A DNA stretch of 64,000 bases, taken from the NCBI GenBank assembly GCA_965215195.1, contig CBDCDC010000002.1, forward strand, positions 1,824,001-1,888,000, given 5' to 3'. The notes below the pieces were generated by a model. It saw only the letters and a program-made list of their open reading frames with translations, searched no databases and was not told the origin of the DNA. This document shows, piece after piece, positions 37,661 through 47,497 of the stretch. The stretch's first letter is position 1, and the number at the start of each line of letters is the position of its first letter. The translations under genes were made by a program, and so were the position numbers. The DNA comes from Candidatus Latescibacterota bacterium. Its GTDB lineage: Bacteria; Latescibacterota; UBA2968; UBA8231.

Positions 37661-38551
37661 TCAGAACTGGTACAGCAGGCTGAGGCCCGCGCCCCAGAAG
37701 TGGGTGTCGTCCGTCGCGATGGTGTATAGGATCGGCTCGCCGCGCCCCACCGTAGAGTCGTGGCTGCGCAGCTGATCCCACTCGGTTTTTTCGCTCGCGA
37801 ACTCGCCGGAAGCCACCCAGCGCAATTTGAAGTCCAAAGCGGCGTGGTCGCCGATCTGATAGGCCGCGCCGGCGAGCAGTTGATAGCCCATGCGGCGGTC
37901 GGTCAATCGCGCTTGGCCGATTGTGGTTGAACCGGCGATTTTCGCGTTCAAATCCGGGTCTGCAAACGTCCCAATCCGGCTGGGGTCGTCATTGCGTTTC
38001 CAATTGGTAAAATAGTAGAGCGACGTGGTCGCCACTCCGGCTCCAGCCCCGGCGTACGACACCAGCGCCGGCCCCAAGGCAAAGTCGTAGTACGCGTTGG
38101 CGAACAGGTTGTGCGATAGCAAATTATCGACCCCGGCGACCGCCAATTCGATTTCCTGATCTTGCTTGTCGAGGGTTATTTCGTCGAAGATGCCGATGTC
38201 GGAGCGCTCGTCATAGGTCGTGCTGCGGTGGAAGTATTCTCCCTCGATTCTGAAGGCCCCCCAGCGATAGCCAAGGGCGAGGCCCGACCCGATTCCGGAG
38301 CCGCCGCCAAATGAATTTTCCCATGCCGTTGGGGGCGGCGCAGAGTCGCATTCATCGGTCACTTCCAGGCCATCTGGATTGATGATCCGGTCGCACTTGG
38401 TGCTCCAGTCGTTGTCCGTGCCCGTCACGTCCATTGCCGGAGCAACGGCGATCCCCAAGCCCATCTGAATGTACGGCCCGTCTTGGCCTAGGGCTTGGCC
38501 GCAGAAACCCAGCAGGGCGACTATCGACAGCAAAAATTTGTGAGGCATCAC
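37661..38551 (-). CDS. Outer-membrane beta-barrel protein (opacity/Msp4-like)
   Basis: Signal peptide; FRIEGEY, ANAYYDF, YAGAGAG, GYQLLAG strands; terminal Phe. Confidence 0.8.
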   Translation of the reverse strand: MMPHKFLLSIVALLGFCGQALGQDGPYIQMGLGIAVAPAMDVTGTDNDWSTKCDRIINPDGLEVTDECDSAPPPTAWENSFGGGSGIGSGLALGYRWGAFRIEGEYFHRSTTYDERSDIGIFDEITLDKQDQEIELAVAGVDNLLSHNLFANAYYDFALGPALVSYAGAGAGVATTSLYYFTNWKRNDDPSRIGTFADPDLNAKIAGSTTIGQARLTDRRMGYQLLAGAAYQIGDHAALDFKLRWVASGEFASEKTEWDQLRSHDSTVGRGEPILYTIATDDTHFWGAGLSLLYQF

Positions 38552-38768
38552 AGTTTCCTTTCTGGAGATAGGTATAGGAGGCTAGCATGTATGAGGTGAA
38601 ACGCAAACGAGCCGCATTATTCGTTGGCCAGCACTATTTTGTGCGCCAGCACGAGGCGGCTACGTCATATTGATGCTACCACACGGAGACTTGAGGAAAA
38701 GCGATCTCCATAAGTAATCCTTCGGAGGTGGTATGCCGATCGCGATGATGTCCACAAATCCACCACTT

Positions 38769-39336
38769 TTACCGGGTTCTTTGGTTGAAAATTTTACTTG
38801 CTAGAGCCTCTGCGAGGGGAGGTGGAACTGAATTGGCAACCTGCCGATGCTGGTCTAAGTTTTTCACGGTGCCCGTCCTACTGCGTATAGGTCCTTTTAG
38901 GATATACGAATCGGGATAGCCGTGAATTCTCATATATTCCCGTGGAGTGAGATACCTATCTTCGACGGGATGATAGAAAATCTCTCCACACCGCAACGTA
39001 TTGGCGGGCCTATCTCTATGCAGTCTTAAGTACTTTGTGGTATCTTTTGATTTTAGATCTCTAAGTAATTTTTTTCCTAAGTGAGGCTGAGCAGCCAAAT
39101 ATGATCCCTCGGGAACTTGTGCGATACGTTCTCTGTCTCTAGCTGGAGTTACATCGACGTGGCTATCCTCGCGATCGTAGAATTTCGCGTTCTCTTGCCG
39201 CACGTAGTGTGTTGCAGCAGTGTCCGTCTATTTCTATCTGAGCGAGAATGTCGAATCCCGCATCTTGTACGCCTATATCCATTCCTCCGGCCCCAGAGAA
39301 AAGACTTAGTGCGTTATATTTTGGGGGACTATTCAT
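38769..39336 (-). pseudogene. DNA cytosine-5 methyltransferase with large internal deletion and frameshift
   Basis: GAGGAG RBS and ATG 39336 give MNSPPKYNALSLFSGAGGMDIG..GF..L.QIEID (motifs I-II), joined out of frame near 39185 to RYLTPREYMRIHGYPD…QVANSVPP (motifs IX-X); catalytic PC motif absent. Confidence 0.85.
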
Positions 39337-39357
39337 TTTGAATTCACTCCTCTATCC

Positions 39358-40167
39358 TCAATAGGTCAAGGTGAACTCCACGTCGGCCAGCAGCCGTTGA
39401 AGATAACGTAACACTTCATCGCGGCTTTGCAAAACCAGCAAGTCGTCGTTGACAATGGGGGTCGTCGGCGCGAGTACCTGCCAGCGCACGAGCAGGCCGC
39501 GCAATTGGTGCTGTTGCGTGGCGGTGAATTGCCAGCGGGCGGTTAGCGCGGCGAACCCGGGCGGATCGGCGTATAGCGCGTGGAGCTGCTGGCTGAGCGA
39601 TTGCAGGTGTTCGCCAACGTGGGTGACCGCATCGAGCTGAGCTTCTATTAACGCTTCCACTTTTTTCGCATTGAGTGTTTGATAAGGAGATTGCGGGTTG
39701 TCGGAGACGACCTTGAGGCAGTGGACTCGCTCGCTGGTGGCAAAGCGCTGGGCGGCTGCGCAAAAGCCGCTGGCCTCCATGTCGCACGCGGCGTCGCCAG
39801 CCGCCGGCTGTACGCGATCTACAGTGTGTAGCCGGGTGGTGCGGCAGGGTGGGGGCGCGGTGAAGGTGGGGTAAAAGGGCTTGGCGCTGGCCGCATCCAC
39901 GACCTTGTGCGCCAGCAGGGCCGTGCCCACCGCTTGGCGGCCGTGTCCGGCGATGCCGATGTTGAGCCAAGCGGCCGGCGCATCGCCGATCAGTGCGCGC
40001 AGGTACGCGGTGGCGGCGGCCGCGGCCACTTTGCCGACGCCGGAGACGATCAGGCGCGTCTGCTCGCCCGCGCAGATGCGATAGGGATGGCCGCCCACGC
40101 CTCGGAGGCGGTAGGAGGCTATCAGCGGGCGGGCTTCGGCCGCTAAGGCGACGATTAAGCACAACAT
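39358..40167 (-). CDS. Nucleoside phosphorylase-like (PNP/UDP_1 fold) protein
   Basis: VALAAEA, SGVGK, LNIGIAG, CDMEASGF, LKVVSDN motifs. Confidence 0.82.
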   Translation of the reverse strand: MLCLIVALAAEARPLIASYRLRGVGGHPYRICAGEQTRLIVSGVGKVAAAAATAYLRALIGDAPAAWLNIGIAGHGRQAVGTALLAHKVVDAASAKPFYPTFTAPPPCRTTRLHTVDRVQPAAGDAACDMEASGFCAAAQRFATSERVHCLKVVSDNPQSPYQTLNAKKVEALIEAQLDAVTHVGEHLQSLSQQLHALYADPPGFAALTARWQFTATQQHQLRGLLVRWQVLAPTTPIVNDDLLVLQSRDEVLRYLQRLLADVEFTLTY

Positions 40168-40264
40168 TGCGGGTAATATACCGGCTGGCCGCCCCTCGGC
40201 AACTCGGATTGACCCTGCTTGAGCAGGGGCCTAAGTTCTGGAAGACAAACGAGAAAGGGCGCGT

Positions 40265-41137
40265 ATGGACAACGAATTTTTCAAGGGACACGGCCTCGGC
40301 AATGACTACATTGCCGTCGATCCGGCCGCGCTCAGCTTCGAGCTGACGCCAGACCATATCCGCGCGATTTGCGACCGCCATTGGGGCGTGGGCAGCGACG
40401 GCATTCTCGCGCTGGCGTCGTCGCCAAAGGCCGACTTTGGCCTGCGGATCTACAACCCCGACGGCAGCGAGGCGGAAAAGTCGGGCAATGGCCTGCGGAT
40501 ATTCGCCCGCTATCTGCACGCCACCGGCCAAGTGCAAAAGCAGCGGTTCACGGTCGATACGGAGGGCGGTCTAGTACGCGTTGCGTTGCACCTCGACGAG
40601 CATGGCGACGCCAGCGCGGCCACGGTGGAGATGGGGCGAGCGACGTTTGCGCCAGCGGCCCTGCCCTGCACCCTAGAGGCCGAAGAGCTGGTCGCGCAGC
40701 CGATCGGCGCCGGCGAGCAGACCTTGACCTTTACCGGCGTCAGCGTCGGCAACCCCCACTGCATCGTCTTTCGCGAAAAGGGTGCGCAATGGACCGAAGA
40801 TGAGTTGCGCTCTTTGGGGCCGGAATTGGAAAATCACCCGCTCTTTCCCCGGCGCACCAACGTGCAGCTCGCCGTGCCCTTAGGACCCCATGCGATCTAC
40901 ATTCTGATCTGGGAGCGCGGGGCCGGCCAAACGCAGGCGTCGGGGTCGTCGGCGTGTGCGGCCGCCAGTGCGGCCGTGCGGCTGGGCTTGGTCAAAAGTC
41001 CGGTTGCGGTTGTGGCCCCGGGCGGGACCTTGCACATCGACGTGAGCGCAGGCTACGACCTAACGATGAAGGGGCCGGTCGCCGAAGTGGCGCACGGCGT
41101 GCTCAGCCCGTCGTTTGTGCGCTCTTTGGGCGAGTAG
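40265..41137 (+). CDS. dapF: Diaminopimelate epimerase (both catalytic Cys replaced by Ser)
   Basis: FFKGHGLGNDY, GVGSDG, NPDGSEAEKSGNG, GNPHC, NVQ, WERGAG.T.ASGSS. Confidence 0.9.
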   Translation: MDNEFFKGHGLGNDYIAVDPAALSFELTPDHIRAICDRHWGVGSDGILALASSPKADFGLRIYNPDGSEAEKSGNGLRIFARYLHATGQVQKQRFTVDTEGGLVRVALHLDEHGDASAATVEMGRATFAPAALPCTLEAEELVAQPIGAGEQTLTFTGVSVGNPHCIVFREKGAQWTEDELRSLGPELENHPLFPRRTNVQLAVPLGPHAIYILIWERGAGQTQASGSSACAAASAAVRLGLVKSPVAVVAPGGTLHIDVSAGYDLTMKGPVAEVAHGVLSPSFVRSLGE

Positions 41138-41239
41138 AGCCGCCATGCCTCGGCCGTTGCGTACGACCTATCCCCCCGGCCCCCTTTCCTGCGGAACGCC
41201 TCCAGCTCCTTCCTTCCCCGCAATCGGGCTCAGCCGTCC

Positions 41240-44014
41240 ATGAGCCTTCTGCTCCGGGCGGTAGGTTGCCTCGCGCTCGTGGCCTCGGCCGCCTTTGGCC
41301 AGGGCTTTGGCCGCAACAAGGTGCAATACGCGGAGTTTGCGTGGCGGAAAATGGAGACCGCGCACTTTGACGTGTACTTCTTTGCCGAAGAGGCCGAGTT
41401 GGCCGCGTATGCCGCACAGATGGCCGAGCGCCAGTTCGTCGATTTAGAAAAGAAGTTCGCCCACACCGTGCAGCGGCGAGTGCCGCTAGTCGTCTATTCC
41501 TCGCACATCTACTTTGAACAGACGAATATCATCCCCAATCTCCTGCCCGAGGGGGTAGCGGGTTTCACCGAATACCTCAAGGGGCGGGTCGCGCTGCCGC
41601 TGAGCGGCTCCCTGCCCGAATTCGAGCGGGTGCTGCACCACGAGTTAGTCCACGTCTTCACATTTGACCGAATTGCGCGGGTGCTGGCGCGGCACGGGGT
41701 GTTGGATTTTCGCCCGGCACCCCTGTGGTTTTCCGAAGGGCTGGCCGAGTACTGGTCGAGCGAGCGCACCAGCTTTGGCGACATGGTGGTGCGCGACGCA
41801 CTCTTTGCGCGGCGGCTGGTGCCCATCGCCGAAATGTACCGCATCTACGGCACCTATCAGCTATACAAGGAAGGCGAGTCGATCTGCCACTTTATGGCGG
41901 CGCGGCACGGAGCCGACGTATTCGAACAGCTCTTTGCCAATTGGTGGCGCGGCGAGACCTTTGGCGAAATTTTTGCCATCACGACCGGCGAGAGCTTGGA
42001 CAAGTTCGACCAGGCTTGGCAATACCACCTGCACAAGCGCCACCTGCCGGCGATTGCCGACCGCGATCCCCCGTCCGAATTGGCCACCGCCCGCACGAGC
42101 CGCGGCTTTAACATCAAGCCCGAAGTCGTCCCCGGCGATAGCAGCGCGTTCTACCACTTCCGCAATGATCAAGGCTATACGCAGATCGTCCGTACGCGCC
42201 GCAATGGTAGTGCGTCCGAGGTCGTGGTCGAAGGCGAACGCCTGCCGCTCTTTGAGTCCCTGCACCCGCTGTCGACGCGGCTGGCCGCCTCCCCGGACGG
42301 CAAGTGGCTGGCGTTTGCAGCCAAGAGCCGGGGCCGCGATCATCTGTACATCTGGGACGTGGAGCAAAAGCGCGTGGTGGGGGATTTGTCGTTTGCCGAA
42401 ATCGTCGCGATTGCGTCGCCGTCGTTTGCGCCCGACGGGCAGCGGCTGGCCTTTGCCGGCAGCGACGAAGGGGGCTGGACCGACATTTATGTGGTCGATG
42501 TAACGGGCGATAGCCTCCGCGCCTTGCGCCGCGACATCTATCACGACCGCGACCCAGACTGGTCGCCCGATGGTCGGCACATCGTCTTCAGTTCCGACCG
42601 CTGGCCCGGGGGGCGGCGCGGCTTCTACAACCTGTTCCTGTGCGATTTGGCGACCGAGCAGATCTCGGCCCTCAGCCGCGGCGAGCACAACGACGGGCAG
42701 CCGCGCTGGTCGCCCGATGGCGAGCGCATCGTCTTTAGCTCCGACCGCGCTGGCGCGTACAACATCTATGCCCTGCAGCTAGCGGGCGAGCGCACTGCGA
42801 CCCGGCGATTGACCCGCGTGTTGACGGGCGCGTTTGATCCGGTGCTGCTAGCCGATGGCCAGCATTTGCTCTTTTCCGGGTATGAGAGCGGGGGCTTCCA
42901 GATCTACGAACTCGCCGTGGATTGGGCCGACAGCGCAGAGGTCAGCTATCAGCGCGTGGAGGAAGCAGCGGCCGAGCCGTGGTCCTTGGCGGGCCTGCGC
43001 GGCCAGAGCGAAGTCGCCAGCCGGCCCTATGAGCGCAAGATGAGTCTCGACATAGCCCAAGGCCAGATCTCGCAGGACCCGGAATTTGGCACCTCGGGCG
43101 GCATCCAAGTGGCCCTGAGCGACGTGCTGGGCAACGACCAGTACCACTTCGTGCTTTCGCACATTGCCGCCAGCCAGGCCGGTTTCTTCGACGGCCTGAA
43201 CGTGGCCTTGACGCGCCTCCACCTCGGCCAGCGGCTCAACGTGTATTGGGGCGCGTTTCGGCTCAACGACCGCTTTTCGAGCCGCTTTGGCCGGTTTGTG
43301 CGCGAAGAGCGTTTGGGTGCCCACATTGGGTTGAGCTATCCCTTTTCCCAGCACGACCGCATCGACACCCGGCTCTCGCTGCGCCACGCCGAAATCGACC
43401 GGCAATTCGAGGGGCGGAAGCTGTCGGGCTGGCTGGCCAACAACTACGTCAGCTATACCCACGACAGCAGCCTGTGGATTCCGACTGGGCCGCTGGAAGG
43501 CCGGCGCTACAGCTTTGGGCTGGCGCAGACGATTGACTTTAAGACCTCGCGGCGGTTCAATATCGCGCTCTTTGGCGACTACCGGCACTACTTTCGCCTC
43601 TCCCAGCGCAGCGCGTTGGCCGTGCGTCTGATGGGCCGGCGCTCCAGCGGCCCAGTGCCCGAGTTCTTCTCCTTGGGGGGCAGTTGGACGCTGCGGGGCT
43701 ATCGCTGGCGCTCGCTGTGGGGCAGCAAGATGGTGCTGTACAACCAAGAATTGCGCTTCCCCTTGGTCGATCGGTTCTTGCTCCGCTTTCCGTTTGGGGC
43801 GATGGAGTTTAGCGCCTTCCGGGGTGCGCTCTTTTTCGACGCGGGCAATGCGTGGAACGACGCCTTCGACCAATGGCGTGCGGCGTTTGGCGCGGGGGTG
43901 CGCTTGGCCTTGGGGGGAGTTTTTGTCTTTCGCTTGGATGCGGCGCGGCGCACGGATTTCAAGTCCATAGATAATGACACGCGCTGGGACTTTTTCTTTG
44001 GCTGGGATTATTAG
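41240..44014 (+). CDS. Peptidase MA-like / PD40 beta-propeller / Omp85 beta-barrel fusion protein
   Basis: Signal peptide; HHELVH..PLWFSEGLAE gluzincin motif; (W)SPDG repeats; C-terminal barrel with LGG..TLRGY lid motif. Confidence 0.82.
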   Translation: MSLLLRAVGCLALVASAAFGQGFGRNKVQYAEFAWRKMETAHFDVYFFAEEAELAAYAAQMAERQFVDLEKKFAHTVQRRVPLVVYSSHIYFEQTNIIPNLLPEGVAGFTEYLKGRVALPLSGSLPEFERVLHHELVHVFTFDRIARVLARHGVLDFRPAPLWFSEGLAEYWSSERTSFGDMVVRDALFARRLVPIAEMYRIYGTYQLYKEGESICHFMAARHGADVFEQLFANWWRGETFGEIFAITTGESLDKFDQAWQYHLHKRHLPAIADRDPPSELATARTSRGFNIKPEVVPGDSSAFYHFRNDQGYTQIVRTRRNGSASEVVVEGERLPLFESLHPLSTRLAASPDGKWLAFAAKSRGRDHLYIWDVEQKRVVGDLSFAEIVAIASPSFAPDGQRLAFAGSDEGGWTDIYVVDVTGDSLRALRRDIYHDRDPDWSPDGRHIVFSSDRWPGGRRGFYNLFLCDLATEQISALSRGEHNDGQPRWSPDGERIVFSSDRAGAYNIYALQLAGERTATRRLTRVLTGAFDPVLLADGQHLLFSGYESGGFQIYELAVDWADSAEVSYQRVEEAAAEPWSLAGLRGQSEVASRPYERKMSLDIAQGQISQDPEFGTSGGIQVALSDVLGNDQYHFVLSHIAASQAGFFDGLNVALTRLHLGQRLNVYWGAFRLNDRFSSRFGRFVREERLGAHIGLSYPFSQHDRIDTRLSLRHAEIDRQFEGRKLSGWLANNYVSYTHDSSLWIPTGPLEGRRYSFGLAQTIDFKTSRRFNIALFGDYRHYFRLSQRSALAVRLMGRRSSGPVPEFFSLGGSWTLRGYRWRSLWGSKMVLYNQELRFPLVDRFLLRFPFGAMEFSAFRGALFFDAGNAWNDAFDQWRAAFGAGVRLALGGVFVFRLDAARRTDFKSIDNDTRWDFFFGWDY

Positions 44015-45076
44015 ATGCGCTACGCCTTGCTCGGATTGTGCCTCTTGACGGCCTGTGGCGAAAAGGTGCTCTACCTCGGCGAACTGGGGCGCGGCGCAGT
44101 GGGGATTGAGCCGCCGCTGCAACTTCTATGGACGCACAAAATGGACGGCTCGCCGCTGGGCGGCGCGCTCTTTGCCGGTGACCTGATCCTGCAACTGACC
44201 ACCGCGCCGACCCTCTATGCGTTGGACCGGAGCAACGGTGCCCTGTTGGGCAAGCATGGATACGACAGGATGGCGTGTGCCCCCGGGCAGTTGGCCGGGG
44301 CACTGTACGCGCTGGGGGTGCTGGGCCGCAAGCCTAGCTTGCGGGTCTTGGACCGGCGGACTGCGACCGAGCGTTGGCGGCATGAGGGCGCGTTTTGTCA
44401 GGTGCCGGTCGTGCGCGGCGATACCCTGATCGCGGTGGATGAGGAGGGCGCGGTGCAGGCACTGCGCCTCGCCGACGGGCATTTGCTGTGGCGCACCGAA
44501 TTGGGTGGGCGGGCGCGGACCGGGCTAGCCCTGAGCGGCGACCTCGCGCTGGCCGGTACTGCGGCCGGAGACTTGGTGGCCCTGAGCGCGGCAACCGGCA
44601 AAGAGCGCTGGCGCACGAGCTTGGGGGAAGCCGTGCGCTCGCGGCCCGTGCCTGCGGGCGAGCACGTGGTTGCGGCTACGGCCTCCGGCCGGATACTAGC
44701 TGCGCACCGCGACTCCGGCCGGGTGGTGTGGGAGCAAGCCTTGGGTGCGCTGCCGACTGCGGAGCTCGCGCTGGCGGCCGGCGCGTTGGTGGTCGGTTGC
44801 GCCGATCGCCACTTCTATGGGCTAGACGCGGCCAGCGGAGCAGTGCGGTGGACGTTTGCCACCGGGGGCGTGGTGCGCAGCAGCCCGGCCGCCACGGCCC
44901 ACACCGCGTATGGCGCTTCCAGCGACGGCCATCTCTACGCCTTAGATTTGCAAGGCGGGCATTTGTTGTGGAAGTACCGATTGGACAGCCCGGTCACGGC
45001 ACCGGTGGCGTTGGGCGCGGAGGTCGTCGCCGTCGCCACCGAGAAGCGGATTCTCTATGTGTTTGGCCGCCGCTGA
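44015..45076 (+). CDS. PQQ-repeat beta-propeller lipoprotein (BamB-like)
   Basis: Lipobox LTAC; repeated ALD..TG...W motifs. Confidence 0.85.
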   Translation: MRYALLGLCLLTACGEKVLYLGELGRGAVGIEPPLQLLWTHKMDGSPLGGALFAGDLILQLTTAPTLYALDRSNGALLGKHGYDRMACAPGQLAGALYALGVLGRKPSLRVLDRRTATERWRHEGAFCQVPVVRGDTLIAVDEEGAVQALRLADGHLLWRTELGGRARTGLALSGDLALAGTAAGDLVALSAATGKERWRTSLGEAVRSRPVPAGEHVVAATASGRILAAHRDSGRVVWEQALGALPTAELALAAGALVVGCADRHFYGLDAASGAVRWTFATGGVVRSSPAATAHTAYGASSDGHLYALDLQGGHLLWKYRLDSPVTAPVALGAEVVAVATEKRILYVFGRR

Positions 45077-45153
45077 GTTGCGGCGGCTTGTTGCGCTATT
45101 TGGGTAACACCCGTTAAAAATTAGAAAAATCAAGTTTCCTACAAGAGGTGATC

Positions 45154-47037
45154 ATGCCCGCGCCCTATCCTCGCGTTCCCTACGGCGAGACCAACTTCAA
45201 GACCATTCGCCTCGAGCGGGCGCTTTGGGTGGACAAGACGCGGTTCCTGCACCGGTTGGAGGCCGAGCGCTACGTCGTGCTGATTCGCCCTCGGCGCTTT
45301 GGCAAGACCAGTTGGGTGTCGGTGCTCGACCACTACTATGACCGCGCCAAGGCCGCCAGTTTCGACGCTGTGTTCGCCGGCACCGACATCGGCCGGTGCC
45401 CCACGGCGGACCACAGCCGCTACGTGGTTTTGCGTCTCAACTTCTCGGCGTTCAAGAATGCTTTGGCGACGTTGGAGGAATACTTCGAGGAGTACTGTCA
45501 GCTCCAGCTACGCGCCGCGCTGGAGCGCAACCCGGACCTGTTCCCCGAGGCGGCACTGCGGCGCATCCGGGCACCCAAGTCCATCAACGGCCAACTCAAC
45601 GAGTTGTTCATTCACGCCGCCGATCACGACGTTCCGCTCTACGTGCTGGTGGACGAGTACGACAACTTCGCCAACACGGTGTTGGCGCATCACGGCGAGG
45701 CGGCGTACCAGTCCCTCACGCACGGCGGGGGCTTCTATCGCAGCTTCTTCGCCACGCTCAAGGCCGGGACAGAGGGGAACGGTGGCATTGAGCGGCTATT
45801 CCTCACCGGCGTGTCACCGGTGACCCTCGACGATGTCACCAGCGGCTTCAACATCGGCAGCAACCTCAGCTTGGAGCCGGAGTTCAACGAGATGGTCGGC
45901 TTCACCGAGGACGAGGTGCGGGGGCTGTTGGAGACCTGCCGGGAGCACGGCGTGTTTGACCAAGACGTGGACGCGGCTTTGGGGGTGATGGGGGAGTGGT
46001 ACAACGGCTACCGGTTCGCTCGGGAGGCCACGGGCGACCTCTACAACACGGACATGGTGCTCTATTACATAAAGAAGTCCATTTCGCTGGGGCACATGCC
46101 GGATCAGCTAATCGATCACAACGTCCGCATCGACTACGGCAAGCTGCGCCATTTGCTGGTGGCTGGCCAAGAAACGGCCGCTCGTGAACGAGCCGCCTCG
46201 GCGGCCCTCCCAAGCAGCCAACGCGCCGCGCCGCAAGCGGTGCGCCCAAACGGCAACTTCGACCTGCTGCGCGACGTCATCGGCGAGGGACAGGCACTGG
46301 CCATGATCGAACCAAGCTTCCCCCTAGAGCGGCTGACCGTGCGGGACAACTTCCTTTCCCTGCTGTACTACTTCGGCCTGCTCAGCATCCGCGGCGTTTC
46401 TGAGGGCCTGCCCCGCCTCGGCGTTCCCAACCAAACCGTCTGGCGGCTGATGTACGGCTACCTGAACGACGCCTACCGAGACTTGGGCGTGTTCTCCGTT
46501 GGAAAGTACGAGTTCTCCCGCTTGGCGCACGAAATGGCCTACCGGGGGGCTTGGCGTCCGGCCTTCGAGTTCCTGCGCGACGCCCTTGTCGAGCAAACCG
46601 GCATCCGCGACTACATCGACGGCGAGAAGGTGGTGCAGACCTTTCTCGCCACCTACTTTGGCTTGCCGGACTACTTCCAGCCTCGTTCCGAACCCGAACT
46701 GAACTTGGGCTACGCCGACCTGTACTTGGCCCCGAACTTGGCTCAGCACCCCGGCATGGCCTACGCCTACGTGATCGAACTGAAGTATATCAAGCGCAGC
46801 GAGTCCCTGAGCGAGTCCCTGATGGCCGACACCACGCGGGCGGCCCAGGAGCAACTGCGGCACTATCTGGCGGACCAAGCCCTGCGCCGTCGGCATCCGT
46901 CGGTGCAGCACGTCGGCGTGGCCGTGGTGTTCCACGGTTGGGAGATGGTGGCCTGCGAGGCGGCCGAGGGCGACCTTGGGAATTCCCGCGATAACCCCCT
47001 GCCGCTCGCCGCCAGCAACTCGGCGGCAATACGCTAA
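45154..47037 (+). CDS. AAA-ATPase-like protein with C-terminal PD-(D/E)XK nuclease domain
   Basis: PYG..F..IR, VDKT, RPRRFGKT, LVDEYD, WYNGY, GYADL…VIELK motifs. Confidence 0.9.
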   Translation: MPAPYPRVPYGETNFKTIRLERALWVDKTRFLHRLEAERYVVLIRPRRFGKTSWVSVLDHYYDRAKAASFDAVFAGTDIGRCPTADHSRYVVLRLNFSAFKNALATLEEYFEEYCQLQLRAALERNPDLFPEAALRRIRAPKSINGQLNELFIHAADHDVPLYVLVDEYDNFANTVLAHHGEAAYQSLTHGGGFYRSFFATLKAGTEGNGGIERLFLTGVSPVTLDDVTSGFNIGSNLSLEPEFNEMVGFTEDEVRGLLETCREHGVFDQDVDAALGVMGEWYNGYRFAREATGDLYNTDMVLYYIKKSISLGHMPDQLIDHNVRIDYGKLRHLLVAGQETAARERAASAALPSSQRAAPQAVRPNGNFDLLRDVIGEGQALAMIEPSFPLERLTVRDNFLSLLYYFGLLSIRGVSEGLPRLGVPNQTVWRLMYGYLNDAYRDLGVFSVGKYEFSRLAHEMAYRGAWRPAFEFLRDALVEQTGIRDYIDGEKVVQTFLATYFGLPDYFQPRSEPELNLGYADLYLAPNLAQHPGMAYAYVIELKYIKRSESLSESLMADTTRAAQEQLRHYLADQALRRRHPSVQHVGVAVVFHGWEMVACEAAEGDLGNSRDNPLPLAASNSAAIR

Positions 47038-47062
47038 AAGTCCGTTTGAAAGGGAGCTTGTC

Positions 47063-47497
47063 GTGAACAAGACAATCGCTGGGGGCTTGCTGCTAGTGTT
47101 GGCCGCGGGCTTACCAACGTGGGCCGAGCCGTTGGAGCTGCCGCGGCGGCTGCCCCAATTGGAAGCGGCCTTAGCGGCACAATGGGCCGAGCTGCCAATG
47201 CTTAGGCCGCAGTCAATGCCAACCGTGTCTGCGGCCCCGAGCAAAGAGAAGCACTCGCGCAAGAAGCTCTACTTGAGCGCGGCCTTGGCCGCGGGGGCCG
47301 GCGCGGTCGCCTACTGGAGCAAGGAGCGGGCCGACGCCGCGTACGACCGCTATTTGCGCTCGGCCAGCACCGTGCGCCAGCAGCGAGAATTGGACGCGGC
47401 CCAGCGCTTTGACCGCATAGCCGGCGCGGCATTTGTCGGCATGGAAGTAGGCATAGTGCTCAGTTCGTACCTGCTCTTTTTTGGTTCCAAGTCGTGA
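47063..47497 (+). CDS. Hypothetical exported/membrane protein
   Basis: GGGAG RBS, GTG 47063; signal peptide and two hydrophobic segments; overlaps next gene. Confidence 0.65.
   Translation: MNKTIAGGLLLVLAAGLPTWAEPLELPRRLPQLEAALAAQWAELPMLRPQSMPTVSAAPSKEKHSRKKLYLSAALAAGAGAVAYWSKERADAAYDRYLRSASTVRQQRELDAAQRFDRIAGAAFVGMEVGIVLSSYLLFFGSKS

Noticed and set aside
42848-44122. Long antisense or alternate-frame ORFs (also 22186-23202, 36616-37449, 39416-40537, 46324-47262, 56814-57914, 59142-60089)
   Set aside because: Typical shadow ORFs of GC-rich coding DNA, overlapping well-supported genes and lacking motifs.
45066-47027. Similar GCCGCC..GAGTTGC..GGCGGC hairpins flanking the AAA-nuclease gene as TIRs
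   Set aside because: Short, gapped, GC-rich match with no target duplication; may be chance.
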